Assembly: GCA_963755545.1 (NCBI GenBank)
Contig: CAVWKH010000008.1
Coordinates: 659-64,658 of the forward strand
Origin: an uncultured beta proteobacterium
GTDB lineage: Bacteria; Pseudomonadota; Gammaproteobacteria; Burkholderiales; Casimicrobiaceae
Reading direction: 5' to 3'
Length of the DNA: 64,000 bases
Positions 55,328 to 64,000 of the stretch are shown piece by piece; position 1 is the stretch's first letter; every line of letters starts with the position of its first letter. The notes beneath the pieces were generated by a model. The model had not been told where the DNA came from. It saw only the letters and a program-made list of their open reading frames with translations, and ran no database searches. A program made the translations under genes and the position numbers.

Positions 55328-56233
55328 CTGAAGGCCCACCTTTCGCCGCGAGATTTCGCGCTGACGATCGCCATCGTCGCGCTCTGGGGCTTTTCGTTCG
55401 TCCCGATAAAGTTCGGCCTGCGTGAAATCCCGCCGTTCGCGCTCGCGGCGTTGAGGTTCTTCTTCGCTGCGGTGCCCCTCGTTTTTTTCATCCGGCGCCC
55501 GCAGATGCCGTGGCACTTCGTCGTCGCCTACGGCTTCGCCATCGGCGTGTGCCAGTTCGGCCTGCTCTTTCTCGGCATGAAACTCGGCATGCCCGCCGGG
55601 CTCTCATCGCTCGTCATCCAGGTCCAGGTGTTCTTCACCATCGGCCTGGGCGTCCTTTATCTCGGCGATCGCGTATCCGCGCAGAACCTGGTCGGAGCCG
55701 CCATTGCGACGGCGGGCATCGCGCTTCTCGCCGCCTACAAGCTGACGGGCGGAGCGTCGGCGACCTTCCTTGGTTTTGTGCTGGTGCTGGTGGCAGCGCT
55801 GTCGTGGGGCGTGGGCAATGTCGTCGCCAAGCGCGCGGCGGGCGAGCACGAACCGGACATGTTCGCACTGGTCGTCTGGTCCAGCCTCGTGCCGCCGTTG
55901 CCGCTGGCGCTGCTGTCGTATCTGTTCGAAGGCGGGATGGCGTCGTGGGACTCAGTCGTGCACGCAACCTGGCTCGTATGGGCTTGCGTGCTTTTCCTGG
56001 CGTGGGGGGCAACACTGTTCGGATTCGCCTCGTGGGCGGGATTGATGCACCGCTATCCCACCGCGCTCATCTCGCCGTTTGCGCTGCTGATCCCGATCTC
56101 GGGGTTGGCCAGCGGTGCGTTGTTCCTTGGCGAATCGCTTGCGACGCTGCAGATCGCCGGCGTGCTGCTCGTGTTCGCGGGATTGGCCGTCAATGTCTAC
56201 GGCGGTCGCGTGAAAGGCTGGCTGGGGCAATAG
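55328..56233 (+). CDS. EamA family exporter (YdeD-like)
   Basis: LWGFSFVPIKFGL, QFGLLF.GM..GMPAGLSSLV.Q.Q.FFT; start codon uncertain. Confidence 0.88.
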   Translation: MKAHLSPRDFALTIAIVALWGFSFVPIKFGLREIPPFALAALRFFFAAVPLVFFIRRPQMPWHFVVAYGFAIGVCQFGLLFLGMKLGMPAGLSSLVIQVQVFFTIGLGVLYLGDRVSAQNLVGAAIATAGIALLAAYKLTGGASATFLGFVLVLVAALSWGVGNVVAKRAAGEHEPDMFALVVWSSLVPPLPLALLSYLFEGGMASWDSVVHATWLVWACVLFLAWGATLFGFASWAGLMHRYPTALISPFALLIPISGLASGALFLGESLATLQIAGVLLVFAGLAVNVYGGRVKGWLGQ

Positions 56234-56362
56234 AAGCTCATCACGCGCGCGCGCCACGCGAAGTGCGCGCGCCGGGCGGCGCAATCAAATCACGGACGGC
56301 CGACATGCAATGAGTGCGACCCACGTCCCATGGTCCCGCAAGCCATGCAGGCACGTGCCGCG

Positions 56363-56545
56363 TCAACGCGCGACCTTCCTCCTGGCGCGCTTGGCCGCCG
56401 TGTGTGCGACAGCAAATGCCCTCGCCTCATCGCCCGCATACTCCTTGAATGCATTGTTGAACGCCTTCAGGAACGCGCGTTTCTGGTGTTGGGAGTACTG
56501 GTCGGTCTGCGCGGGCGGCAGTTGCGCTACGTGGGAATATGGCAT
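56363..56545 (-). CDS. ChaB family protein
   Basis: MPYS...LP..; AFLKAFNNAFKEY..DEARAFAVAHTAAKR. Confidence 0.85.
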   Translation of the reverse strand: MPYSHVAQLPPAQTDQYSQHQKRAFLKAFNNAFKEYAGDEARAFAVAHTAAKRARRKVAR

Positions 56546-56589
56546 CGACTGCTCCCGCGACAATCGCGTTTCGGTCCTTGCCACCGGCG

Positions 56590-57066
56590 TCAAAGCCAGT
56601 AGGGGTCCACGCGATAATATTCATGCAGCCCTTCGGCCCAACGCTGGTCCGCCATGCTCGGCCACGCGTCCTTGTCGAACCCTTGCGCGTTTTCGAGCTT
56701 CTCCTTCGACACGTCGAGCTTGAAGCCGTGCTGTTCTGGGTCAATTCGCAACGCGCGCCAAGGAATTGCGAACAGCTTTTCACCCATGCCGAGAAAGCCG
56801 CCAACCGTCAGAACGCCGTACGCGACACGGCCGGACGGAACGTCGATCATGATGTGGGAAAGCTCGCCAAGCTTTTCACCGGCCTCATTGCGGACGTCGT
56901 CGCCCTGCAACGTGTCCGCAGCCATCACCTTCGGCCCGGGGCCATGCTTGTCCGACCAGTACCCGGCATCGGCCTCACGGTCCATCCGGGCGGTCGTCGG
57001 GGGCAGCGTATCCATAGGAACGCCAGAGATGGGATCCAAACGCATCGGTTCAATGGGCAAATTCAT
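56590..57066 (-). CDS. PRC-barrel domain protein
   Basis: GPGPKVMAADTLQGDDV.N..GEKLG; GRVAYGVL..GGFLGMGEKLFAIPW. Confidence 0.92.
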   Translation of the reverse strand: MNLPIEPMRLDPISGVPMDTLPPTTARMDREADAGYWSDKHGPGPKVMAADTLQGDDVRNEAGEKLGELSHIMIDVPSGRVAYGVLTVGGFLGMGEKLFAIPWRALRIDPEQHGFKLDVSKEKLENAQGFDKDAWPSMADQRWAEGLHEYYRVDPYWL

Positions 57067-57331
57067 CGCGTATCCTTTCAAGTCTGGGGTAATGCATTGT
57101 CTTTTCTACAGCGTCTACATTTTCGATGTTGACGGGCCGCGCGAAGATAGGCCTCTTCTGAATCCCGTGTAGGAATTGGGGAATGTCTGTTGCGGAACGC
57201 GGCAATCCATCGGGCGCGTAGGCCGTTACCTACCGGAGACCGCGAATGGAGACGCTTGCCAGCCCGACCGACTCGCGGCACCATCGTCCTTGCACGCCTT
57301 CGGATCAATCCGCTACTTACGGAGATTCCAA

Positions 57332-57679
57332 ATGAAGAAATTCCTGGTTCTATTCATGGCGCCCGTGAGCGTCATCGACGAATGGATGAAGACCCCGGCG
57401 GACAAGCGAAAGTCCGACGAAGAAAAAATGCAGGCCGAATGGAAGGAATGGATGGACGCGCACGCGAAGATGTTCGTCGAGCCGGGCGCAGGCGCGGGCA
57501 AGACCAAGAAAGTAACGGCGGAAGGTCAATCCGACATTCGCAACGACATCATGCTGTACGGCATCGTCTCGGCGGAGTCACACGACGCGGCGGCGAAGGC
57601 GTTCATCGGCCATCCGCATTTGCAGATTCCCAAATCCTCGATCGAGGTGATGGAAATCAATGCACTCACGGGGATGTAA
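57332..57679 (+). CDS. YCII-related small protein
   Basis: GGAG RBS; MKKFLVLF, WKEWM, AESHDAAAK..HPH..IEVMEI. Confidence 0.75.
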   Translation: MKKFLVLFMAPVSVIDEWMKTPADKRKSDEEKMQAEWKEWMDAHAKMFVEPGAGAGKTKKVTAEGQSDIRNDIMLYGIVSAESHDAAAKAFIGHPHLQIPKSSIEVMEINALTGM

Positions 57680-57743
57680 AGTCGCAACGCGGTAAGGACA
57701 CGTCGCCTCGCCGGGGAGGCAATGAGTCACTCGTCGTCAAGCC

Positions 57744-58571
57744 TTATGACGCTTGGGCGCTCGCGCCTCCCCACACATAGTGTTCGGTGACGCACTGCTC
57801 GACAAATCCCAGGTTGCGATACACGCCGGCACCCAGCGCGGACGCCTGCAGGACGGCCGTCCGGTAGCCCATCGCACGCGCATCAAGCAACCCTCGTGCG
57901 GTGACGGCGGCGCCGATTCCCTTTCGACGTGCGCCCGGGATCGTCGCAACGTCATAGATGCCGGCAACGCCCGCGCCGAGAAACAGCGTCGACGTCGCAA
58001 CCGCGTGGCCGTCAAGCCACCCGATGTAGTTACGCAGCGAAGGCATCGCGTACCCCAGCGACCGGAACAAGCTGAAGAATGCATCGGCAAGAAAATCCGG
58101 CATGCCAAATCCGGCCGCAAGCACGTTGCACCACGTGCGCAGGGTTCCGTCATCGGCGACCGTCTCGATCGCCAGCCCGATCGGCCCGACCGGCGCTGGG
58201 TCAAGCATCGTGAGCTCGGCCGCCATGCCAAGCAAACTGGCGTCGAGAGCGAACCCGTGCGCCAGCAGGCGGGGCCCGAGGTTCGCGGGACGGGAGTCTG
58301 GGCCCACCCACCACAACAGGGGCACGCTTCGCTCCCGTCCGCGCGCGATCGTCTCCTCGATGACCGCGTCCACTCGTCCTGAAGAAATCCGCGCGCGCAG
58401 CACGCTGTTGAAGATGGCGCCCGGAATATTGGTGATTGACCACAGCACTTCCGGATCGTCATGGACCTCAGCCGGCGGCCAATGACGGAGCCGGGAAACA
58501 AATTCGCACTGGTTTGCCTCGATGGCGGCGACCAGCGCTGGCGGCGATAACGCCTGCAAAATTTCGCTCAA
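57744..58571 (-). CDS. GNAT family acetyltransferase
   Basis: AGIYDVATIPGARRKGIG, LQASALGAGVYRNLGF; TTG start overlaps the upstream stop. Confidence 0.88.
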   Translation of the reverse strand: MSEILQALSPPALVAAIEANQCEFVSRLRHWPPAEVHDDPEVLWSITNIPGAIFNSVLRARISSGRVDAVIEETIARGRERSVPLLWWVGPDSRPANLGPRLLAHGFALDASLLGMAAELTMLDPAPVGPIGLAIETVADDGTLRTWCNVLAAGFGMPDFLADAFFSLFRSLGYAMPSLRNYIGWLDGHAVATSTLFLGAGVAGIYDVATIPGARRKGIGAAVTARGLLDARAMGYRTAVLQASALGAGVYRNLGFVEQCVTEHYVWGGASAQAS

Positions 58572-59596
58572 ACCGCGCGGACCACGGCTTGCGCGGCCAG
58601 TACGAACGCCGCCAGGAACGCGGTCTCGGCGCCAAGCAGGATGAGTGCCCGCCTGCCGACCTTTTTCATTTCGAGCAATGACGTCTTGAGTCCGACCGCG
58701 GCGATCGCCAGGACCAGACACGCCCGCGCGACCAGGTCCAGCGTTGCGCCGACAGGCTTGGGGATGAGGCCGAAGCCGCTCAGCAGGACCAGTCCGACGA
58801 ACGCAAGCAGGAAGGGCGGCAACAGCGATTCGCCATTGCGCACCTCCCTGCGCTGTAAGCGGTGCCGTACAACGAGCGAAATGGCCATCACCACGGGCAG
58901 CAGCAGCGCGACCCGCAGGAGCTTGGTCACGACAGCATGATCGCCGACTTCGGGCCCGATGCTGTAGCCCGCCCCGACGACCTGCGCTACGTCGTGGATC
59001 GTCCCGCCAAGGAAAATTCCGGTCTGCAGCGCGTCGAGGCCGAGCGCCTTCGCAAGCAGCGGATAGAGCACCATCGCCACGGTCGACAGCGCGGTGACGC
59101 CGGCGATGGTGAAGATCAGTTCGCGTTCGGAATTCTCGGAGCGCGGCAGCACGGAAGCGATGGCAATCGCTGCGGACGCGCCACAGATTGCCGTGGCGCC
59201 ACCGGTCAGCACGCCGAGCCGTCGTGAGAGACCGAGCATTCGCGCCATCAGAATACCGAATGCGATCGTAACGGCCACCCCCGCGACCAACATGATTCCG
59301 TTGCGCCATCCCAGTCCGCCGATGTGCTCGAAAGTGATACGCGCACCGAGCAGCGCGACACCAAACCTGAGAATTCGGCGTGCGACGAAATCCACCCCGG
59401 GCTTGGCCACGCCTTCGCCCGCGACACTGTTCAGCGCCATGCCGATCAGCAGCGCGTAGAGAAGTGTCGGTCCGCCGCGCGCCTCGGCGACGAACGCCGA
59501 TGCCGACGCGACCACGCCCGCAAGCAACACGCCGGGCATGAGTTCGCGCCCGCGGGCGCGCCACGTCATGCGGCGATCTTCCGGAAGGACCGACAT
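58568..59596 (-). CDS. YeiH / putative sulfate exporter family membrane protein
   Basis: LRFGVALLG, GATAICGASAA, GGTIHDVAQVVGAG, TKLLRV. Confidence 0.92.
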   Translation of the reverse strand: MSVLPEDRRMTWRARGRELMPGVLLAGVVASASAFVAEARGGPTLLYALLIGMALNSVAGEGVAKPGVDFVARRILRFGVALLGARITFEHIGGLGWRNGIMLVAGVAVTIAFGILMARMLGLSRRLGVLTGGATAICGASAAIAIASVLPRSENSERELIFTIAGVTALSTVAMVLYPLLAKALGLDALQTGIFLGGTIHDVAQVVGAGYSIGPEVGDHAVVTKLLRVALLLPVVMAISLVVRHRLQRREVRNGESLLPPFLLAFVGLVLLSGFGLIPKPVGATLDLVARACLVLAIAAVGLKTSLLEMKKVGRRALILLGAETAFLAAFVLAAQAVVRAV

Positions 59597-59684
59597 GATG
59601 GGCCGGTCATGCGTTCGGATTTGTTCACCCTCGGGCGCCTATTCGAATTCCAGGCCGTTAAAAATCGCTTGCTGATAATCGATA

Positions 59685-59705
59685 ATTGATATATCGTTTA
59701 TCAAT
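59685..59705. promoter_or_regulatory. Palindromic operator upstream of the DUF2975-XRE operon
   Basis: ATTGATA-tatcgtt-TATCAAT with perfect 7-bp arms, in an AT-rich divergent spacer. Confidence 0.6.
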
Positions 59706-59727
59706 ATGTTCTGTTTTGGAGTCCCCC

Positions 59728-60246
59728 ATGAAAAACTACGCAGTACTCCCTGTTGCCCGGATCACGTTGCTCGCCTTGATTGTATTGAATTGGCTGGTCG
59801 GCGGGGCCATCTTCGCGCTGCTGGTGGCGACCCTCGTCGCGGAACAATGGACATTGGCCGCACTGGGCTTCTCCGCGTCCTCCGGCATTCCGCAAACGGT
59901 CACCTGGTTGCGCGCGATCGCCGTGTTCGGCGTGGCCGCCGTCCCGCTCAATGATTCCGTCCTCCAGCGGTTGTTGGCGATCGTCGACACGGTGCGCAAC
60001 GGGGATCCCTTCGTCGCTGCGAACGCCACTCGTCTGCAAGCCATCGCCTGGGTGCTGCTCGCTCTACAGCTACTCAGCATGGTCATCGGCGGCATCGGCA
60101 ACGCGATTTCGACCCCTGAGCATCCGCTCCACCTGGACGCCGGCTTTTCAACCAGCGGCTGGCTGGCCGTGCTCCTGACGTTCATCCTTGCGCGCGTGTT
60201 CGCTGCGGGCGCGCTGATGCGCGAGGACCTCGAAGGGACGGTGTGA
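59728..60246 (+). CDS. DUF2975 membrane protein
   Basis: GDPFVAANATRLQAIAW; LARVFAAGALMREDLEGTV C-terminus. Confidence 0.9.
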   Translation: MKNYAVLPVARITLLALIVLNWLVGGAIFALLVATLVAEQWTLAALGFSASSGIPQTVTWLRAIAVFGVAAVPLNDSVLQRLLAIVDTVRNGDPFVAANATRLQAIAWVLLALQLLSMVIGGIGNAISTPEHPLHLDAGFSTSGWLAVLLTFILARVFAAGALMREDLEGTV

Positions 60247-60247
60247 C

Positions 60248-60484
60248 ATGGCGATCGTCGTCAAGCTCGACGACCTTCTCCACGACAGGAGGATGACGCT
60301 GACGGAACTCGCCGAACGGATGGATATCACGCTCGCCAATCTGTCGATCCTCAAGACAGGCAAGGCGCGCGCGATCCGCTTCTCGACGCTCGAGGCCGTC
60401 TGCAACGTGCTCGGTTGCCAGCCCGGCGACCTGCTCGAATTCCACGCCGATTCCTGCGCGAGTAAGGGTTCGCGCGCCGCGTGA
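60248..60484 (+). CDS. XRE/Cro-CI HTH regulator (YozG-like)
   Basis: MAIVVKLD..ITLANLSILKTGKARAIRFSTL..CQPGDLL. Confidence 0.94.
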   Translation: MAIVVKLDDLLHDRRMTLTELAERMDITLANLSILKTGKARAIRFSTLEAVCNVLGCQPGDLLEFHADSCASKGSRAA

Positions 60485-60582
60485 CGCCGGGCCTTGACGA
60501 TGGGCAAGGTAAGGTCGACGATGGTGACGGGGAGCGGGTCGCTCATCGGCGATCGCTCGCGCTGCCTTGAGGAGGAGCCTGC

Positions 60583-61728
60583 ATGAGCATGCTTCCGCAC
60601 TCGCGTCCTGCGATCGTCCTGGCTTGCGTCGCCGTCTCGTCGGCGATGTTCTTCGCCGGTTGCACGCCCTACGTCTACAAAGACGACATCGCATTGTTCA
60701 GCAAGGGCGTCGACGAGAGCGCCACCGCGTTCGATGCACTGCGCGCCAAGATGCTGGCGAGATACACGCGCCAGGAGCTGGAGGAGCTCGCGGAGAACAA
60801 GGCGGTCGTTTCGGTGTCGGCCGACTGCACGGACACGATTCACAAACAGTTGCCGGCCGACACGCGTTGCCTGGCCGCCTGGGCGAACTATCGCGCGATT
60901 CCGGAAGCAAAGCGGGGACCGAAGCCCGCGTGCCGCGGCGCGAGCGAATCGGTGCGAACGGGCGAATATTCCTTCTATGACCTCGACGCCGTCGCCGGGA
61001 AAGAAGCCGTTGCATGCAAGCTGGGCATCAAGAAGGAGGGCGGCGGCATCAATACGGCTGCGATCGACAATGCCGAAGTCTGGGTGACGAACGCGCCGAA
61101 GCTCCTGCCTGCCTTGCAGGGCTACGCGACGGCCTTGGCCGGCATTGCGGACTCCTCGGATCGCGAGGCCTTGCGGGAGTCCATCGGCAAAGCGAAGGAT
61201 GAGGTCGTCAAGCTCGGCACCACGATCGACGGCCTGGAAGGAAAGACCTCGCCTTATGTCGCCGCCATCGGACCTGTCAGCGATCTTGTCGGCACGGCTC
61301 TCGTGCTCATTCTCGATCAGCGTCGCTATCAGGCCCTCAAGGACGTCACCGCGGGTGCCGATCCCGTCGTCGCGAGGGCAGCGATGATCCTGTCGAACGT
61401 CGCGATGCCGATGACCGCGATCGAATTGCAGGATGCCGGGGACGCCTATTTCCAGTCGGTACTCGATGCGGGCAAACCTGCCGCCGACGCGGACGCGTGG
61501 ATCAAAGCCTACGAGAAGGCACGCGAGGCGCGCGCGGATTACCTCGCGGTGTTCGCAACGAGTCCGACATCCGTATTCAAGGCAATGGCGGAGGCGCACC
61601 ACCAGCTCACGCTCGCATTGGTCGACCCGAACCGGCAGTACGAGTCCGTCAAGGCGGCCGTCGAGGATTTCGCCGACAAGGCGAAGTCCGCTTACGACGC
61701 GGTACAGAAAGCGAAGAAGACCGATTAG
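60583..61728 (+). CDS. Hypothetical alpha-helical lipoprotein
   Basis: GAGGAGGAG RBS; FAGC lipobox (Cys27); strong GC3 bias; helical A/E/K/D-rich body. Confidence 0.85.
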   Translation: MSMLPHSRPAIVLACVAVSSAMFFAGCTPYVYKDDIALFSKGVDESATAFDALRAKMLARYTRQELEELAENKAVVSVSADCTDTIHKQLPADTRCLAAWANYRAIPEAKRGPKPACRGASESVRTGEYSFYDLDAVAGKEAVACKLGIKKEGGGINTAAIDNAEVWVTNAPKLLPALQGYATALAGIADSSDREALRESIGKAKDEVVKLGTTIDGLEGKTSPYVAAIGPVSDLVGTALVLILDQRRYQALKDVTAGADPVVARAAMILSNVAMPMTAIELQDAGDAYFQSVLDAGKPAADADAWIKAYEKAREARADYLAVFATSPTSVFKAMAEAHHQLTLALVDPNRQYESVKAAVEDFADKAKSAYDAVQKAKKTD

Positions 61729-61776
61729 TAAACGATGTCACGCAGCGCCCGCGGGGCGCTTACTCGGAGATTTGCC

Positions 61777-62145
61777 ATGCCGAACTCTGACGCGTTACTT
61801 CCGTCCGACTTACTGACGAGCGCGAGCGACGAACTGGGTGACACGCTGGCCACGATACGCGGCCAGGCGCTCGATGCGTCGGGCGACAAGCGCGACGAGC
61901 TGTTCGCTCAATACAAAAAGCTCGTCAGCCGCCAGCAGAAGATCATGCTGCGGGACCTCAACGTGATCGACCAGGATCCGGAGATCGTGGCCGCCATACA
62001 GCAGCTTTCCACGCTCACGCATCAAATCGCCAAGGTGAGGCGCGAGATGACGACGGCGAAGCAGGCGATCGATGGCGCCGTCAAGGTGCTGGGCTTCATC
62101 GACACGATCCTCGGGATCATCGGCAAGGTCGGCTTGCTCGCATAA
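61777..62145 (+). CDS. Hypothetical small helical protein with an amphipathic C-terminus
   Basis: GGAG RBS; 122 aa; heptad pattern; ends AVKVLGFIDTILGIIGKVGLLA. Confidence 0.8.
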   Translation: MPNSDALLPSDLLTSASDELGDTLATIRGQALDASGDKRDELFAQYKKLVSRQQKIMLRDLNVIDQDPEIVAAIQQLSTLTHQIAKVRREMTTAKQAIDGAVKVLGFIDTILGIIGKVGLLA

Positions 62146-62163
62146 CCCTCGTCTGAATTCCGG

Positions 62164-63192
62164 CTATGGTTCGAATGCGAAGATCTTCTTCCAGTCGTCC
62201 TTCATGCTGATCACGATCCAGCCCTGCTTCGTCGCCTCGTCGTACAGAGTCTGCGGAAAGGTTCCGACTTTCGTGGCCGCCAGGCCCTTCGCGGGTCCGT
62301 ACGCATACTCGCGGCTGGCGTCGTCGTGCAGCACGAGCATCGCCAACCGTGCGCCGTCGCCGGCCTTCGCGTACTCCAGCATCTGGCGGTCGCCGGTCGA
62401 GTTGCCGACCGACATGTTTGGCCGTCGCCCGATCATCAGGTGAATGCCCTCGGGCTTGCCCGCATTGTTGTCGTTCAACAAGAGCTTCGGCTCCTTGGTC
62501 AGGAAGGGCTTGCCGTCCTTGTCGTAGCCAAACTTCGTCCCGCCAGCCGAGCCGACCACCTGCTCCGGCGGTATGCCGTAGGTCGCCTCGGAATACATGC
62601 GCACGAAGTCCTGGCCGCCGCCGGTGACGATATACGTCTTGTAGCCGTTGGCGCGCAGATACTTGAGCACTTCCTGCATGGGCAGGTAGGTCAGTTCCGT
62701 GTACGACCTCTTCCAGCGCGGGTGTTTGGCCTCGGACAGCCACTTCTTCACTTCCGCCTGGAACGTCTCCACGGGCATGCCGGTCGAGGTGGCAGCGAGG
62801 AGTTTGAACAAGTCGGCCTCGGTAAGCTTCTCCATCGCCGCCCGGTCGCCTTTCAACAAATCCAGTACCGTTGAATACGGTGCGACCTTGGCCAATTCGG
62901 GTTTGGCTTTCACCAGCGCGGGTACGCGCTCCAGCACGAACATCACCTGCGTGTAGATCGGGTGCTCGACCCACAGCGTGCCGTCCTGGTCGAAGGTGGC
63001 GACGCGCTCGGTTGGTGGGACGAACTGCGGACTGCTCGGCGTCGTCGTCGCCTGCACGAAGTCGACGATCGCTTTCTTCGCGGCGCCCTCGTTCCAGGAG
63101 GGCAGAGGATCGGACTGCCCCAGTGCTGGCGGAACAAGGGCCAGCGATGCAGTCAGAGCCAGCATGCCAACGCAAAATGTGCGACGCTTCAT
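62164..63192 (-). CDS. Exported HAD-family phosphatase (non-specific acid phosphatase-like)
   Basis: MKRRTF leader; DPLPSWNEG, FDQDGTLW (DxDxT), IVTGGG, GNSTGDRQML, SMKDDWK. Confidence 0.92.
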   Translation of the reverse strand: MKRRTFCVGMLALTASLALVPPALGQSDPLPSWNEGAAKKAIVDFVQATTTPSSPQFVPPTERVATFDQDGTLWVEHPIYTQVMFVLERVPALVKAKPELAKVAPYSTVLDLLKGDRAAMEKLTEADLFKLLAATSTGMPVETFQAEVKKWLSEAKHPRWKRSYTELTYLPMQEVLKYLRANGYKTYIVTGGGQDFVRMYSEATYGIPPEQVVGSAGGTKFGYDKDGKPFLTKEPKLLLNDNNAGKPEGIHLMIGRRPNMSVGNSTGDRQMLEYAKAGDGARLAMLVLHDDASREYAYGPAKGLAATKVGTFPQTLYDEATKQGWIVISMKDDWKKIFAFEP

Positions 63193-63652
63193 CCCAATTT
63201 CTCCTTCTATTTTCTTCAGGAAAACGGGCGACCTTTCGGGCAGCCCGCTTGAGTCAACCAGTGTGCACGCATGCTCCGCGTTATTCGCTCGGGTTGCGAT
63301 GCCCCTGCGCGGGTCTTTTAGTCGCCGAACGCCGTAATGAATATTACCGGAGGTGCTTTTCCAGCGGCCGAGAGATGACGACGAAGTTCGATTCCCGACA
63401 TGCGTCCGAGATGGATATCCAGGACGAGCGCCGCGACGTCGCCGACTGACGCGCTGGCAAGAAACTCCTCGCCGACGCAAAGGCGATGGTTCCGTAGCCG
63501 CTCGCCTGCAGCGGGCCGCTAGTTCATCGCGCCCGCAACGGTGCAGGCGCTGCCGGAAAGTACGCGCCGGTCCCGCCGAGCGTTGACGCGTGCCCGGGGC
63601 GACGGGGTCGAGGGAGAGCTGGTGCAATACGACTGAAGACGTTGCCGTGGAA

Positions 63653-63728
63653 TGGTGGGCCGTGAAGGACTTGAACCTTCGACCAACGGATTAAGAGTCC
63701 GCTGCTCTACCAACTGAGCTAACGACCC
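63653..63728 (-). tRNA. tRNA-Lys(CTT)
   Basis: GGGTCGTTAGCTCAGTTGGTAGAGCAGCGGACTCTTAATCCGTTGGTCGAAGGTTCAAGTCCTTCACGGCCCACCA; 76 nt, CCA encoded. Confidence 0.97.
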
Positions 63729-63792
63729 ATTCCTGCAAGACTCGACGCACGGCTTCTCATGCTGCGTACTCCGCCGGACGGCCGTTGGAGAT

Positions 63793-63868
63793 TGGTAGGG
63801 CGTGCGGGACTTGAACCCACGACCAACGGATTAAAAGTCCGCTGCTCTACCAACTGAGCTAACGCCCC
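63793..63868 (-). tRNA. tRNA-Lys(TTT)
   Basis: GGGGCGTTAGCTCAGTTGGTAGAGCAGCGGACTTTTAATCCGTTGGTCGTGGGTTCAAGTCCCGCACGCCCTACCA; 76 nt. Confidence 0.97.
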
Positions 63869-63885
63869 GCAGCAAAAGAGGGCGG

Positions 63886-63913
63886 ATTATAGCCGAAGTC
63901 GTTGCCCCGGCAA
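63886..63913 (-). promoter_or_regulatory. Sigma70 promoter of the tRNA-Lys pair
   Basis: Minus strand TTGCCG-16 nt-TATAAT followed by GC-rich discriminator CCGCCC. Confidence 0.75.
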
Positions 63914-64000
63914 AACCCGCAGGCAGGTCGAACCGTCGTGGCGGTTCAGTGGGAATCGCGCGTGAGAAACGGCGGAAGCTGCGAGAAATCGATGCCTTCT

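Noticed and set aside
63250-63640. Possible gene remnant or sRNA between the HAD gene and tRNA-Lys (..ERRNEYYRRCF..SEMDIQDERRDVAD*)
   Set aside because: No recognisable family, start signal or conserved structure; cannot be supported without a database search.
63519-63713. 64-aa ORF MVEQRTLNPLVEGSSPS
   Set aside because: It is the translation of the tRNA-Lys sequence, a classic spurious ORF.

Overview
GC-rich bacterial chromosome segment. Gene content (IcmF, DesB-type gallate cluster, acyl-CoA ligase/Liv-type ABC operon, thiC riboswitch form) suggests a betaproteobacterium (inference). In order: RraA/HMG-aldolase gene; a back-to-back junction of two 5'-truncated genes (nadX-like / DapA-family); TRAP transporter; class III cyclase-NTPase-TPR protein; TPP riboswitch-thiC; housekeeping genes (YbhB, transglutaminase, NYN, YceH, MscS, YidB, rhodanese, UppP, DMT, Crp); acyl-CoA ligase + ABC operon; AcrR-RND pump; complete gallate catabolic cluster; REP and 32-bp tandem repeats; polar amino-acid ABC transporter; TonB/TolA-like orphan; wHTH/pseudo-nucleotidyltransferase; icmF; M16 peptidase; myo-inositol oxygenase; an accessory-looking stretch ending at two tRNA-Lys genes. 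About 11 frameshifts, mostly single-base, all lie in the first 37 kb and look like sequencing errors. Best leads: (1) an uncharacterised lipoprotein plus small amphipathic helical partner beside tRNA-Lys, possibly a bipartite pore-forming or envelope system; (2) a ~126-bp composite CGTC-type REP palindrome translated in frame inside IcmF; (3) an orphan eukaryote-type inositol oxygenase; (4) a wHTH-pseudo-NTase and a TonB-like protein with a non-TonB C-terminus. All family calls come from motif recognition by eye; no database searches were run.
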